56,951 nt of DNA from an uncultured Clostridia bacterium (lineage in GTDB: Bacteria; Bacillota; Clostridia; Oscillospirales; Oscillospiraceae). Positions 1-9,311 of the stretch are shown piece by piece. Each line of letters begins with the position of its first letter. The stretch's first letter is position 1. The position numbers and the translations under genes are program-made. The notes under the pieces are model-generated. The model was not told the DNA's origin. It did not search any database and saw nothing but the letters and a program-made list of their open reading frames with translations. Where the stretch lies: positions 1 to 56,951 of the forward strand of contig CAMEIU010000001.1 of NCBI GenBank assembly GCA_945918815.1, written 5' to 3'.

Positions 1-57
1 CGGCACGTCCAGTGGCCGTGCCCTACAAAAAGCGGTACATCAACAAATCCCAATTGC
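1..57. repeat. Family-A interspersed palindromic element, copy truncated by the window edge
   Basis: cggcacgtccagtggccgtgccctaca...caaatcccaatt matches the right-hand ends of the copies at 16589-16740 and 54292-54487. Confidence 0.7.
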
Positions 58-111
58 CCTATGCCGGTAAGAATATTTTGAAATATACGACAGAAAAATG
101 GATGTGAGAAA

Positions 112-513
112 ATGACGGAATGGAACGGTGCGGAGAAGCTGAGCGTATTGCTGCTCCGGTGCGGGCAGAAGCTCCGGGGCGGTGAGCAGCGGACCCAGGG
201 GCGGATTCTGAAAATTCTGTACCTGAACGGGCCCATGACCCAGAAGGTCCTGCAGGACAAGCTGGAAATTCAGCCCGGGTCCATGAGCGAACTGGCATCC
301 AAGCTGGAGCGGAAGGGGCTGCTGCTGCGGGAGAAGGACCCCGTGGACAAGCGGAAGATCCTGCTGACCCTGACGGAGGCGGGCCGGGCCGATGTGGAGC
401 AGTTCCGCGCCCACGGCCATGCCACCCGGGGCCGGACTTACGGCGCCCTGACGGAGGCGGAGCAGGCGACCCTCTGCGAGCTGCTGGAAAAGCTGCTGGA
501 CAGCTGGGAGTGA
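112..513 (+). CDS. MarR-family transcriptional regulator
   Basis: 133 aa ORF with a winged-helix core (ILKILYLNGPMTQKVLQDKLEIQPGSMSELASKLERKGLLLREKDPVDKRKILLTLTEAG) typical of MarR. Confidence 0.8.
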   Translation: MTEWNGAEKLSVLLLRCGQKLRGGEQRTQGRILKILYLNGPMTQKVLQDKLEIQPGSMSELASKLERKGLLLREKDPVDKRKILLTLTEAGRADVEQFRAHGHATRGRTYGALTEAEQATLCELLEKLLDSWE

Positions 514-520
514 GACGGCC

Positions 521-1762
521 ATGGAGAAATTTGTTCCGACCCAGACCTTCCACTGTTCCGAGACGGACTACAACAAAATATGCAGTCTGGATGTGGATGT
601 GATCGAGGAGCCCACCACGCCCCTGATTCACCCCATGGCCCGCTTCTGGTATATCCTCAGCGGCCGCGGCACCCTGAAGCTCCAGGACCGGGAATATCCC
701 CTGACGCCCGGGACCCTGGTGTCCATTCTGCCCTGGCAGATTTCCGACATCGTCCAGGTGGAGGAGCCCATCCACATCTATTTCCTGGCCTACTCCTTCG
801 ACAACATGAACTCCATTCTCAAGACCTTCTGTACCGTGGACAACCGGTCCTTCCGGTTGATGGAGGAGCTGGGCAAGCTGCCGGTGGTCGATTGCAGCGA
901 AGCCCAGGCCCGGCAGGCCAAGCAGCTGTTTGAGCAGATCCGGGAGGAGGCCGGTCTCGACTCTCTCCCGGCGCACCGGGGCGAAACGGATCAGCTGCAC
1001 TATCCCTTCCTGATCAGCAAGATGATCGAGCTGATCACCCTGTACTACCGCGCCGGACAGGCGTCACCCGGCGTTCCGGCCTCCATTCAGAAGAGCGACG
1101 TCCTCCACTATATGTACAACCACCTCAGCGAAAAGCTGACCCTGTCCCGGCTCAGCAAGCTGTTCTTCATGAGCGAGTCTACCATCAGCGCCTACATCCA
1201 GCAGACCACCGGTCTGTCCTTTTTCGACCTGCTCAATGAAATGCGCATCGGCAAGACGCTGAACTATCTCATCTATACGGACCTGACCATCCAGGAGCTG
1301 GCTGGGATACTGGGCTTTGTGGACAGCGCCCACATCAGCAAGGTCTTCTCCGCCAAAATGGGCATGACGGCCCAGGAGTACCGGAGGACCTACCAGAATG
1401 TGGGCATCCTCTGCAACATCCGGGAGGACCGGAACGCCTACGAGCTCATCGACTACATCTACCGCAACTGCACCGAGCCCCTGACGCCCCAGTCCGTGGC
1501 CGCCCGGTTCCAGATCTCCCAGAAGGAGCTGCACCAGATTTTGCTCTACCAGGTGGAGAAGGACTTCACGGATTTCCTCAACTATCTCCGCATCAACCGG
1601 GCCTGCGTCCTGCTGAAAACCACCGAGCACCCCATCATGGACATCGCCTTCGAGATGGGCTACAACAACCTCAAAACCTTCAGCCGCAACTTCATGCGCT
1701 TCCGCGGCATGAGCGCCAGAGAATTCCGAAGGAAGATCACCCTACAGAGTCCAAAGCTGTGA
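521..1762 (+). CDS. AraC-family regulator with an N-terminal cupin-like domain and two consecutive AraC-type HTH regions
   Basis: 413 aa ORF starting 8 nt after marR. AraC HTH signatures appear twice (LSRLSKLFFMSESTISAYIQQTTG...AHISKVFSAKMGMTAQEYRR and VAARFQISQKELHQIL...GYNNLKTFSRNFMRFRGMSAREFRR). Confidence 0.8.
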   Translation: MEKFVPTQTFHCSETDYNKICSLDVDVIEEPTTPLIHPMARFWYILSGRGTLKLQDREYPLTPGTLVSILPWQISDIVQVEEPIHIYFLAYSFDNMNSILKTFCTVDNRSFRLMEELGKLPVVDCSEAQARQAKQLFEQIREEAGLDSLPAHRGETDQLHYPFLISKMIELITLYYRAGQASPGVPASIQKSDVLHYMYNHLSEKLTLSRLSKLFFMSESTISAYIQQTTGLSFFDLLNEMRIGKTLNYLIYTDLTIQELAGILGFVDSAHISKVFSAKMGMTAQEYRRTYQNVGILCNIREDRNAYELIDYIYRNCTEPLTPQSVAARFQISQKELHQILLYQVEKDFTDFLNYLRINRACVLLKTTEHPIMDIAFEMGYNNLKTFSRNFMRFRGMSAREFRRKITLQSPKL

Positions 1763-1777
1763 TCATAAAGAGGAAGA

Positions 1778-1895
1778 AAAATTGGGATTTGTCTAGTTGT
1801 TGCACTGGCGCGGGAGCGTCCCAAAAGCCTTCCCCTCAAGGGGAAGGCTTTTGGGACGCTCCCGCGCCAATACATCATACAGACAAATCCCGATT
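1778..1895. repeat. Palindromic element with family-A-like termini (aaattgggatttgtct / agacaaatcccgatt) around a 30-bp perfect hairpin
   Basis: ggcgcgggagcgtcccaaaagccttcccct (1807-1836) and its exact reverse complement (1839-1868). The termini resemble those of the other family-A copies. Confidence 0.75.
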
Positions 1896-1925
1896 CTCCG
1901 GGCTGTGGGAGCCGTCGTCCAACAG

Positions 1926-2077
1926 AAAAGGGGGCTGTTAAGAAAGTCTGCGTTCCCGTTTTCACCGCAAACTTTTTGATGGAAAAGCGTCAAAATTGCG
2001 GTCAAAAAAGGAACGGATTGCCACGCCGGTGTGCGCACCGGCTCGCAATGACAGACTTTCTTAACAGCCCCCTTTTT
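1926..2077. repeat. Element bounded by 25-bp perfect inverted repeats (aaaagggggctgttaagaaagtctg), containing one family-E unit (2014-2052)
   Basis: Left arm 1926-1950 and right arm about 2052-2077 are reverse complements. The interior carries cggattgccacg-[hairpin]-ctcgcaatgac. Confidence 0.75.
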
Positions 2078-2088
2078 GTAAGATAATC

Positions 2089-3189
2089 TTATTTCATCAA
2101 TCCTACGCCCCGGGCGACCAGGGTGATGAAGTCCTGGACGTTGGCGACCACGGTGGTGGCGGAGAGGCTGCCGCGGTCCAGCAGCTTGTTGACCACGAAC
2201 TCGTCGGCGTCCACGGCGTACAGGAACACCGGGCGGATCTCACCGTCGGGCATGACGCGGAAGGACGGGGTCATGTTGCCGGTGGCGATGGTGTGGAGCA
2301 TGGTGGCCAGGCAGATGACGGTGGTGCATTTCTTCACCAGGCCGCGCATTTTGCTCTGGCCTTCATAGGCGTCGGCGATGACCTCGGGCAGGGGGCCGTC
2401 GTCCCGGATGGAGCTGGTCAGAACAAAGGGGACGTTGTGCTTGACGCAGCTGTAGATGATGCCGTTGTCGATGTTGTAGTCCTCGATGAACTGGGGAATG
2501 GAGCCGCTACGGCGGACCTTGTTGATGACGTCCAGATGGTTGTAGTGGCCGTTGGGCTGGGACTTCTGGGTGTAGATGTCCTGACCCAAAGCGGTGTGCA
2601 GCAGCGCGCCCTCCAGATCGTGGGTGGCCAGGGCGTTGCCCGCCAGCAGGCCGTGGGCGTAGCCGTTCTCCACCAGGGCCTGCATGGCTCTTCTGGCGTC
2701 GGCGTCAAAGGCGAAGGCCGGGCCCATGACCCAGAGAATGTTGCCGTGCTCCCGCTCGTGCTTCAGAAGCTCGAACAGCCGGTCGTAATCCCGGGCATAG
2801 GAGGTTTCGCGGCTGCGGCCCTGCCGGAAGACGAACTGGTCGTCCAGCGCTTTGTCGTCCTCGCAGAAGCCGGTGCAGTGCATATAGATGCCTTCCTCAC
2901 ATTTCTCCGTGCGGCCCAGGATGACTTTGTCACCCTTTTTGAGGTTGCGGTTCTCCACGACCTCCAGATGGCCGTCGTCGCACAGGACCACACTGGAGTC
3001 CATGCGGCTCTCCTCCGCCAGGGTCCACTTGCCGTTGATCTTGAAATACTCCGGGTACATGGAGGTGCTGTGATAGTATTCCGGGGCGACGCCGTCCTTT
3101 TCGGCCACGGCGTACTTGGCGTCAGGGGCGTTGACAAACTGGGGCTGGGTGAAATCGGGATGGTGATATTTTGGCATTGCGAAGGACAT
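2089..3189 (-). CDS. LOR/SDH-domain (TIGR00300-like) protein; candidate ornithine cyclodeaminase of the AgrE/ArgZ C-terminal-domain type
   Basis: 366 aa ORF with GGAGGA 7 nt before the ATG, starting 23 nt downstream of the arcB stop. Motifs LLAGNALATHDLEGAL and SSIRDDGPLPEV were recalled from that family. The functional call is tentative. Confidence 0.5.
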   Translation of the reverse strand: MSFAMPKYHHPDFTQPQFVNAPDAKYAVAEKDGVAPEYYHSTSMYPEYFKINGKWTLAEESRMDSSVVLCDDGHLEVVENRNLKKGDKVILGRTEKCEEGIYMHCTGFCEDDKALDDQFVFRQGRSRETSYARDYDRLFELLKHEREHGNILWVMGPAFAFDADARRAMQALVENGYAHGLLAGNALATHDLEGALLHTALGQDIYTQKSQPNGHYNHLDVINKVRRSGSIPQFIEDYNIDNGIIYSCVKHNVPFVLTSSIRDDGPLPEVIADAYEGQSKMRGLVKKCTTVICLATMLHTIATGNMTPSFRVMPDGEIRPVFLYAVDADEFVVNKLLDRGSLSATTVVANVQDFITLVARGVGLMK

Positions 3190-3212
3190 AGCGGGCTCCT
3201 CCTTTTAATTTT

Positions 3213-4205
3213 TCAGCACAAAGTCGCGTAGATGACGGCTTTGATGGTGTGCATTCTGTTTTCGGCCTCGTCAAAGACCACGGACTGCTTGGATTCGAAG
3301 ACCTCGTCGGTGACTTCCATCTCGGTGATGCCGAACTTCTCGGCGATCTGGGCGCCGATGGTGGTCTTGGTGTCGTGGAAGGAGGGCAGGCAGTGCATAA
3401 AGATGGCGGTGGGCTTGGTCTTCGCCATGACGGCGGCGTTGACCTGATACTTCCGGAGGAGCTTGATTCGGGTCTCCCACACGGAGTCGGGCTCGCCCAT
3501 GGAGACCCAGATGTCGGTGTAGATGGCGTCGGCGTCCCGAGCGCCCTCGTCCACGTCCTCGGTCAGGCGGATGGTGCAGCCGTTCTCGGCGGCGATCTTC
3601 TTGGCTTCCTGGACCAGCTCTTCCGCGGGGAACAGCTCCTTGGGGGCGCAGGCGGTGAAGTTGACGCCCATCTTGGCGCAGGCGACCATCAGAGAGTTGC
3701 CCATGTTGTTCCGGGCGTCGCCGAAGTAGGTGAAGTTCAGGCCCTTGAGATAGCCGAACTTCTCCTCCAGGGTCAGCAGGTCGGCCAGCATCTGGGTGGG
3801 ATGGAACTGATCGGTCAGGCCGTTCCAGACGGGCACGCCGGCATAGGCGGCCAGCTCTTCCACGATCTTCTGGTCGAAGCCGCGGTATTCGATGCCGTCG
3901 TACATCCGGCCCAGGACCCGGGCGGTGTCGGCGATGCTTTCCTTCTTGCCCATCTGGCTGCTGCCCGGATCCAGGTAGGTGACGCCCATGCCCAGGTCGC
4001 GGCCGGCCACTTCAAAGGAGCAGCGGGTGCGGGTGGAGGTCTTCTCAAACAGCAGCACGATGTTCTTACCCTCCAGATACCGGTGGGGAACGCCGTTGCG
4101 CTTCATGGCCTTAAACTGCTTTGCCACATCCAGCAGGTAACGGATTTCTTCCGGGGTGTAGTCCAGCAGCTTCAGATAATTTCTTCCTCGAATGTTGACA
4201 GGCAT
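3213..4205 (-). CDS. arcB: Ornithine carbamoyltransferase (catabolic context)
   Basis: STRTRCSFE carbamoyl-phosphate motif, HPTQ, HCLP. Start set at the internal ATG 4205 ([16 protein letters not shown]) because the longer ORF runs through a repeat. Confidence 0.92.
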   Translation of the reverse strand: MPVNIRGRNYLKLLDYTPEEIRYLLDVAKQFKAMKRNGVPHRYLEGKNIVLLFEKTSTRTRCSFEVAGRDLGMGVTYLDPGSSQMGKKESIADTARVLGRMYDGIEYRGFDQKIVEELAAYAGVPVWNGLTDQFHPTQMLADLLTLEEKFGYLKGLNFTYFGDARNNMGNSLMVACAKMGVNFTACAPKELFPAEELVQEAKKIAAENGCTIRLTEDVDEGARDADAIYTDIWVSMGEPDSVWETRIKLLRKYQVNAAVMAKTKPTAIFMHCLPSFHDTKTTIGAQIAEKFGITEMEVTDEVFESKQSVVFDEAENRMHTIKAVIYATLC

Positions 4206-4244
4206 AACACATTCTCCTCTTCTCTGTTTGTATATTCGTATTTG

Positions 4245-4300
4245 AATTGACAATTGACAATGGACAATGGAGGCATCCCCTTCGGGGATGATTTGATTTT
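4245..4300. repeat. Family-C module (TTGACAAT-type tandem units + GGAGG + GC hairpin + atgatttga tail)
   Basis: ttgacaattgacaatggacaatggaggcatccccttcggggatgatttga; related copies at 9107, 13311, 32213, 35754 and 35868. Confidence 0.8.
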
Positions 4301-4303
4301 TAC

Positions 4304-5530
4304 CTATATTGCTTCTCTCACCAGCGGCATGCTCATGCAGCGGGGACCGCCGCGGCCACGGGACAGCTCGGAGCTGGGCATTTCCAGGACCCGGACGCCG
4401 TAATCCCGCAGGATTCCGTTGGTGATATAGTTCCGGTCGTATACGATGACGGTGCCGGGGGCTACGCAGAGGGTGTTGGAGCCGTCGTTCCACTGCTCCC
4501 GCTCGGAGGCGATCTGGTCCGCGCCGCCGCAGCGGATCAGGGTCACCTGGTCCACGCCCAGCCGCGCCTCCAAAATCCGGGGCAGCGGATCGTCCAGGGC
4601 ATGGACGGACAGCTCACCGGGCTCTCGTCCCGGCTGGATCTCATAGACCTGCAGGGAACCGAGAATGCCGGGATGGATGGTGAATTTGTCATAGTCGATC
4701 TGGGTCAGCACCGTGTCCAGATGCATGAAGGCCCGGATGCTGGGAATGTCCAGGGCCAGAATGGTGTCGATCTCGCAATCTGGATCGGCGAAAATGTTCT
4801 GGGCCAGCTGCTCGATGCCCTCCGGCGTGGTCCGCTGGGAAATGCCCACCGCCAGCACGCGGCTGCTCAGGTTCAGAATATCGCCGCCCTCCACGCTGAA
4901 GGGGTACTCCCGTCTGTAGTACAAGGGGACCTTGCCCTTGAAATCCGGGTGATTCTCCAGAATGTATTTTCCGAAGATGGTCTCCCGGCAGCGGGTCTTG
5001 GAGTACATCCGGTTCAGGCTGACGCCGTTGCCGATGCAGGCGAAGGGGTCGCGGGTGAAGTACAGATTCGGGATGGGATCCAGGACGAACCGGGACCGGC
5101 GTTGGACCATGTCCACCAGGGGACTGGAGGCATGCAGGGGAATCTCGTCGGCGAACACGCCGGCCATGGTCTTCAGGACCAGCTCCCGCTCGTCGCTAAT
5201 TCCCAGAAGAAGCTCCTGGAGCTGCTCCTGGAACCGCTGGGCGGTGTTGCCGCCTTCGGCGATGAACTGCTGCACGAACTGCTGCTTCAGCTCCGGGCAG
5301 GCGCGGAGCGTCTCCGCCATCAGATCCTCCAGATACACGACTTCCACGCCGCAGCCTTTGAGAATGTCCGCAAAGGTGTCGTGCTCCTGCTGCGCTGTTT
5401 TGAGATAGGGGATGTCGTCGAATAAAAGCCGTTCCAGTTCGCCCGGAACCAGATGCTCCAGTTCCTTTGCCGGTCGGTGGAGCATGACCTTTTTCAGCGT
5501 TCCAATTTCACTTTTTACTTCGATCGCCAT
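4304..5530 (-). CDS. arcA: Arginine deiminase
   Basis: 408 aa; N-terminus [20 protein letters not shown], and C-terminal [10 protein letters not shown] with the catalytic Cys are typical ArcA motifs. Confidence 0.93.
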   Translation of the reverse strand: MAIEVKSEIGTLKKVMLHRPAKELEHLVPGELERLLFDDIPYLKTAQQEHDTFADILKGCGVEVVYLEDLMAETLRACPELKQQFVQQFIAEGGNTAQRFQEQLQELLLGISDERELVLKTMAGVFADEIPLHASSPLVDMVQRRSRFVLDPIPNLYFTRDPFACIGNGVSLNRMYSKTRCRETIFGKYILENHPDFKGKVPLYYRREYPFSVEGGDILNLSSRVLAVGISQRTTPEGIEQLAQNIFADPDCEIDTILALDIPSIRAFMHLDTVLTQIDYDKFTIHPGILGSLQVYEIQPGREPGELSVHALDDPLPRILEARLGVDQVTLIRCGGADQIASEREQWNDGSNTLCVAPGTVIVYDRNYITNGILRDYGVRVLEMPSSELSRGRGGPRCMSMPLVREAI

Positions 5531-5620
5531 TGTTTCCTCCTGCTTCTATCAGGGCTTCTCTTTTCACTGCCAGCTTCCGTCCGCAACCGGGGAACTGGGG
5601 ATTTGATGAATCGCCGCAAA

Positions 5621-5779
5621 GCCCTTGTGCTCCCTCCATAGGGGGCTGCTGCGCGAAGCGCAGCTGGGGGGTTGAACCGACAAGCAATTTTACCAATCAA
5701 CGATACAATTGCAAATTTGCAGTAACCCCCAGTCTGCCCTTCGGACAGCCAGGCCCCTATAGAGGGGGCACGAGGGTGC
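5621..5779. repeat. Family-B long palindromic element (about 150 bp)
   Basis: Outer arms ccttgtgctccc.../...gggggcacgaggg, inner gggggttg/caaccccc-type arms, core caattgcaaatttgca; near-identical architecture at 32284-32435 and 43301-43444 in the opposite orientation. Confidence 0.85.
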
Positions 5780-5908
5780 AGCGTCAAATGAATATACGCC
5801 ATCACAGCAATCTCTTTCGCTGCTGTTATTTTAACGGATTCTACCAGAAAATATCGGACATTTTTTGCATCTGAATTTGTATTTTACCTTGCTTCGCCGT
5901 GGGAACAT

Positions 5909-5944
5909 GGAAAAGGCCACAGCAGCGGAGCCGCTGTGGCCTTG
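5909..5944 (-). terminator. Rho-independent terminator after gcvPB
   Basis: aaggccacagc/gctgtggcctt stem followed on the minus strand by TTTTCC, 12 nt after the gcvPB stop. Confidence 0.6.
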
Positions 5945-5955
5945 AATACATGGGA

Positions 5956-7380
5956 TTAGGACCAGCGAAGGATGGGATGCCGCGCGGCGGCGACCTCATC
6001 CAGGCGGCTCACCGGGGTCTTGGAGGGGGCGTTGTGCAGTGCCTCAGGATCCGTGTGAGCGGTGACAGCCAGCTGATGGAAGATGGCGGCCACTTCCTCC
6101 AGGGTCTCCTTGGACTCGGTCTCCGTGGGCTCCACCATCAAAGCCTCGTGGACGATCAGGGGGAAGTACATCGTGGGCGGATGGATGCCCAGATCCAGCA
6201 GACCCTTGGCGATGTCCATGGCGCTGACGCCGGTCTCGTGCTTCATGTGGCCCAGGTCCATGACAAATTCGTGCATGCAGGTTACGTCATAGGCCATGTC
6301 GTAGTCGGCCTTCATCAGGTGCATGAGGTAGTTGGCGTTGAGCACGGCGTGCTTGGAGGCATCGGGAATGCCCTCGCGGCCCAGGGTCTTCAGGTAGCAC
6401 AGGGCGCGGACCGCCACCAGGAAGTTGCCCTGGAAGGTGCGGACGCGGCCGATGGACTGTTCGGGCTGGACCAGAGACAGGCTGCCGTCTCCGGCGGCCT
6501 CCACCACGGGGCCGGGCAGGAACTGGGCCAGATGGGCCTTGCAGCCCACGGGGCCGGAGCCGGGACCGCCGCCGCCGTGAGGCGTGGAGAAGGTCTTGTG
6601 CAGGTTCAGGTGGATCACGTCGAAGCCCATGTCGCCGGGCCGGACCACGCCCATGACCGCATTCAGGTTGGCGCCGTCATAGTAGCACTGGCCGCCGGCG
6701 GCGTGGACGATCTCGGTGATCTCCAGAATGTTTTTGTCGAAGATACCCACGGTGTTGGGGTTGGTCAGCATCAGACCGGCGGTATCGGGGCCGACAGCCT
6801 TCCGCAGGGCCTCCACATCCACGCAGCCGTCGGGGCCGGAGGGGATGTTCACCACGGTGAAGCCAGCCATGGCCGCGGAGGCCGGGTTGGTGCCGTGGGC
6901 GGAGTCGGGCACGATGATCTTGGTGCGGGCCGCATCGCCGCGGCTGCGGTGATAGGCCTTGATCAGCAGCAGGCCGGTGAATTCGCCGTGGGCGCCGGCG
7001 GCGGGCTGCATGGTCATGCGGTCCATGCCGGTGATGCTGCACAGGGCGGTCTCCGCCTCCTTCAGCACGCCCAGGCAGCCCTGAACCGTGTGATCCGGCT
7101 GCAGGGGATGGACGTCGGTGAAGCCAGGCAGAGCGGCCATGTCCTCATTGATCTTGGGATTGTATTTCATGGTGCAGGAGCCCAGGGGATAGACGCCGTC
7201 GTTGACGCCGTAGACCTGCTTGGAAAGGGTCCGGTAGTGACGGACCAGCTCGGTCTCACTGACCTGGGGCAGCGGAGCCTTTTCGGCGCGGACCTTGGAG
7301 GGACGGACCACGGGCACGTCGCACTCGGGCAGCAGAGACAGGCAGTGGCCTGCTCCGCCCTGTTCAAAAATCAGCTTCAT
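5956..7380 (-). CDS. gcvPB: Glycine dehydrogenase (aminomethyl-transferring) subunit 2
   Basis: Start at ATG 7380 (MKLIFEQGG), overlapping the gcvPA stop as ATGA. PLP-lysine context HLNLHKTFSTPHGGGGPG. Confidence 0.93.
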   Translation of the reverse strand: MKLIFEQGGAGHCLSLLPECDVPVVRPSKVRAEKAPLPQVSETELVRHYRTLSKQVYGVNDGVYPLGSCTMKYNPKINEDMAALPGFTDVHPLQPDHTVQGCLGVLKEAETALCSITGMDRMTMQPAAGAHGEFTGLLLIKAYHRSRGDAARTKIIVPDSAHGTNPASAAMAGFTVVNIPSGPDGCVDVEALRKAVGPDTAGLMLTNPNTVGIFDKNILEITEIVHAAGGQCYYDGANLNAVMGVVRPGDMGFDVIHLNLHKTFSTPHGGGGPGSGPVGCKAHLAQFLPGPVVEAAGDGSLSLVQPEQSIGRVRTFQGNFLVAVRALCYLKTLGREGIPDASKHAVLNANYLMHLMKADYDMAYDVTCMHEFVMDLGHMKHETGVSAMDIAKGLLDLGIHPPTMYFPLIVHEALMVEPTETESKETLEEVAAIFHQLAVTAHTDPEALHNAPSKTPVSRLDEVAAARHPILRWS

Positions 7381-8702
7381 TGACCGCACACCTCCTTGAC
7401 GATGGAAATGGCTTGATCCATTTCCGTTTTGGTCACAAGCTCCGTGGCGCACCACAGCAGGCCGCCTTCCACGGGCTGGCCGCCGAGGATTCCCTTGGCC
7501 TCCAAGGCGTCAAGAATGGCCTGGGCGGTTTCGGGCTTGCAGGCGGTGACAAACTCATGGAAGAACTCGCCTTCATAGAGCAGGGGCAGCTTGGCCTCGC
7601 TCTGGAGCTGAGAAGCCAGATAGTGGGCCTTGGAGGTGCACAGGCTGGCGGCCTGCTCCATGCCGTCGGGACCCATGGCGGCCATGTAGACGGCGGCGGT
7701 CAGGGCGCAGAGGGCTTCGTTGGAGCAGATGTTGGAGGACGCCTTCTCGCGGCGGATGTGCTGCTCCCGGGCGGACAGAGTCAGAACGTAACCCCGGCGG
7801 CCTTCCCGGTCCTCGGTCTGGCCGACGATGCGGCCGGGCAGCTTCCGCAGCATGGCGTTGGTGGCGGCCATAAAGCCCAGGTAGGGACCGCCGAAGGACA
7901 GGGGCATGCCGAGAGGCTGGCCCTCGCCCACAGCCACGTCCGCGCCGCACTCGGCGGGCGTGGGCAGCAGGGCGGCGGCGATGGGATTGACGCTCATGAT
8001 GAACTTGGCGCCGGCGGCGTGGGCGATGGCGCCCAGGGCCTCCGCGTTTTCCACCTGGCCGAAGTAGTTGGGCTGCTGCAGCAGGAAGCAGGCGGCGTCA
8101 GCGCCCAGCAGGCCGGTCAGGGCCTCGGCGTCGGTACGGCCGTCCTTGGCGGGCACCACGATGACGTCCGTGTTGGAGCCGAAGGAATAGGTCTTGACCA
8201 CTTCCAGCACCTGGGGATGGACGCAGGCAGACACATAGACCTTTACCCGCTTGCGGTCCTTGCACATGGCCGTGGCCTCAGCGGCGGCGGTGGCGCCGTC
8301 GTAGACCGAGGCGTTGGACACGTCCATGCCGGTCAGCTGGCAGATCATGGTCTGATACTCAAAGATGGACTGCAGAATGCCCTGGCTGATCTCGGGCTGG
8401 TAAGGCGTGTAGGCCGTGACCAGCTCTTCCCGGCGTACCACGCTGCCCACGGCGGCGGGGATGAAATGCCGGTACGCGCCCGCGCCCCGCAGCACCGTGC
8501 GGAAGCGGGTGTTCTGCTCTGCCAGATTGGTGACGTCTGCCCGGACCTCCAGCTCGCACTTACCGGCGGGCAGGTCCAGGTCGCCGTCCTTCAGCAGCAT
8601 GTCATGGGGGACGCTTTCGTACAACGCCTCCAGGCTGTCGACGCCGATGGCCGACAGCATCTCCCTCTCTTCAGAAGGCGTGATGGGTACATAACGGCCC
8701 AT
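7377..8702 (-). CDS. gcvPA: Glycine dehydrogenase (aminomethyl-transferring) subunit 1
   Basis: 441 aa; TPYQPEISQG and the overall P-protein N-terminal half; operon position. Confidence 0.93.
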   Translation of the reverse strand: MGRYVPITPSEEREMLSAIGVDSLEALYESVPHDMLLKDGDLDLPAGKCELEVRADVTNLAEQNTRFRTVLRGAGAYRHFIPAAVGSVVRREELVTAYTPYQPEISQGILQSIFEYQTMICQLTGMDVSNASVYDGATAAAEATAMCKDRKRVKVYVSACVHPQVLEVVKTYSFGSNTDVIVVPAKDGRTDAEALTGLLGADAACFLLQQPNYFGQVENAEALGAIAHAAGAKFIMSVNPIAAALLPTPAECGADVAVGEGQPLGMPLSFGGPYLGFMAATNAMLRKLPGRIVGQTEDREGRRGYVLTLSAREQHIRREKASSNICSNEALCALTAAVYMAAMGPDGMEQAASLCTSKAHYLASQLQSEAKLPLLYEGEFFHEFVTACKPETAQAILDALEAKGILGGQPVEGGLLWCATELVTKTEMDQAISIVKEVCGQ

Positions 8703-8704
8703 AC

Positions 8705-9091
8705 TCAGGCCTCCTCACAGGTTTCCAGGAACGCAGCGTACTCGTCGGCGGACAGCAGTTCGCCCTTGTCGGTGATGTTCTCGATCTTGGCGATCCAGGC
8801 TTCGTAGGGCTCGGAGTTCAGCTTCTCGGGCTCGTCGGCCAGACCCTCGTTGACCTCGGCGATGGTGCCGGACACGGGGCAGATGACGTCGGAGACGGCC
8901 TTGATAGACTCCACGTCGCAGAAGGATTCCTCGGCGGTGGTGGCGTCGCCGACCACGGGCAGGGTGATGAAGACCAGGTCGCCCAAAGCGTCCTGGGCAT
9001 AGTCGGTGATGCCGACCAGGACGGAGCCGTCCTCCAGCTCCTTGACCCACTCATGAGACTTGCTGTACTTCAATTCGGCAGGGATGTTCAT
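8705..9091 (-). CDS. gcvH: Glycine cleavage system H protein
   Basis: Lipoyl-lysine context CDVESIKAVSDVICPVSG. Start moved to MNIPAEL (ATG 9091), which has GGAGG 8 nt upstream. Confidence 0.92.
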   Translation of the reverse strand: MNIPAELKYSKSHEWVKELEDGSVLVGITDYAQDALGDLVFITLPVVGDATTAEESFCDVESIKAVSDVICPVSGTIAEVNEGLADEPEKLNSEPYEAWIAKIENITDKGELLSADEYAAFLETCEEA

Positions 9092-9106
9092 AATAAGTAC
9101 CTCCAT

Positions 9107-9140
9107 ATTAATTGATAATTGAGAATGGATAATTGATCAT
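9107..9140. repeat. Family-C module (degenerate), abutting the gcvH SD
   Basis: attaattgataattgagaatggataattgatcat. On the minus strand it ends in tatggaggta, which is the gcvH SD. Confidence 0.65.
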
Positions 9141-9168
9141 GCATGTGTCGCTTTGCCGTGCCAGCTCC

Positions 9169-9260
9169 CTGTAGGGCACGGCCACTGGACGTGCCGCATG
9201 GAGGCAGCTGCGTCCCGTGACCGGCTGCCAAACGGCGCGTCGGGTCGCCGCGCCCTACAG
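9169..9260. repeat. Family-A core lacking the terminal inverted repeats
   Basis: ctgtagggcacggccactggacgtgcc...gctgccaaacggcgcgtcgggtcgccgcgccctacag. Confidence 0.8.
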
Positions 9261-9311
9261 TGGTCTGGTGCTTGATATGCGGTTTTCGGCGTATTTCCCA
9301 GTGTGTGTTTC

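Noticed and set aside
3213-4493. 426-aa version of the ornithine carbamoyltransferase ORF, and analogous N-terminal over-extensions of cbiD, cbiF, cobT, cbiB, cobD, obg, rpmA, hemC, hemL and mocA
   Set aside because: The extensions run through repeat elements or the preceding gene and lack an SD. Internal ATG codons with GGAGG-type SDs match the conserved protein N-termini.
5560-5900. Promoter for arcA (minus strand TGGTAGAAT near 5840)
   Set aside because: Only an extended -10-like match with an A-run in place of a -35. This is too weak to list as a feature. If real, it would put the family-B element at 5621-5779 in the arcA leader.
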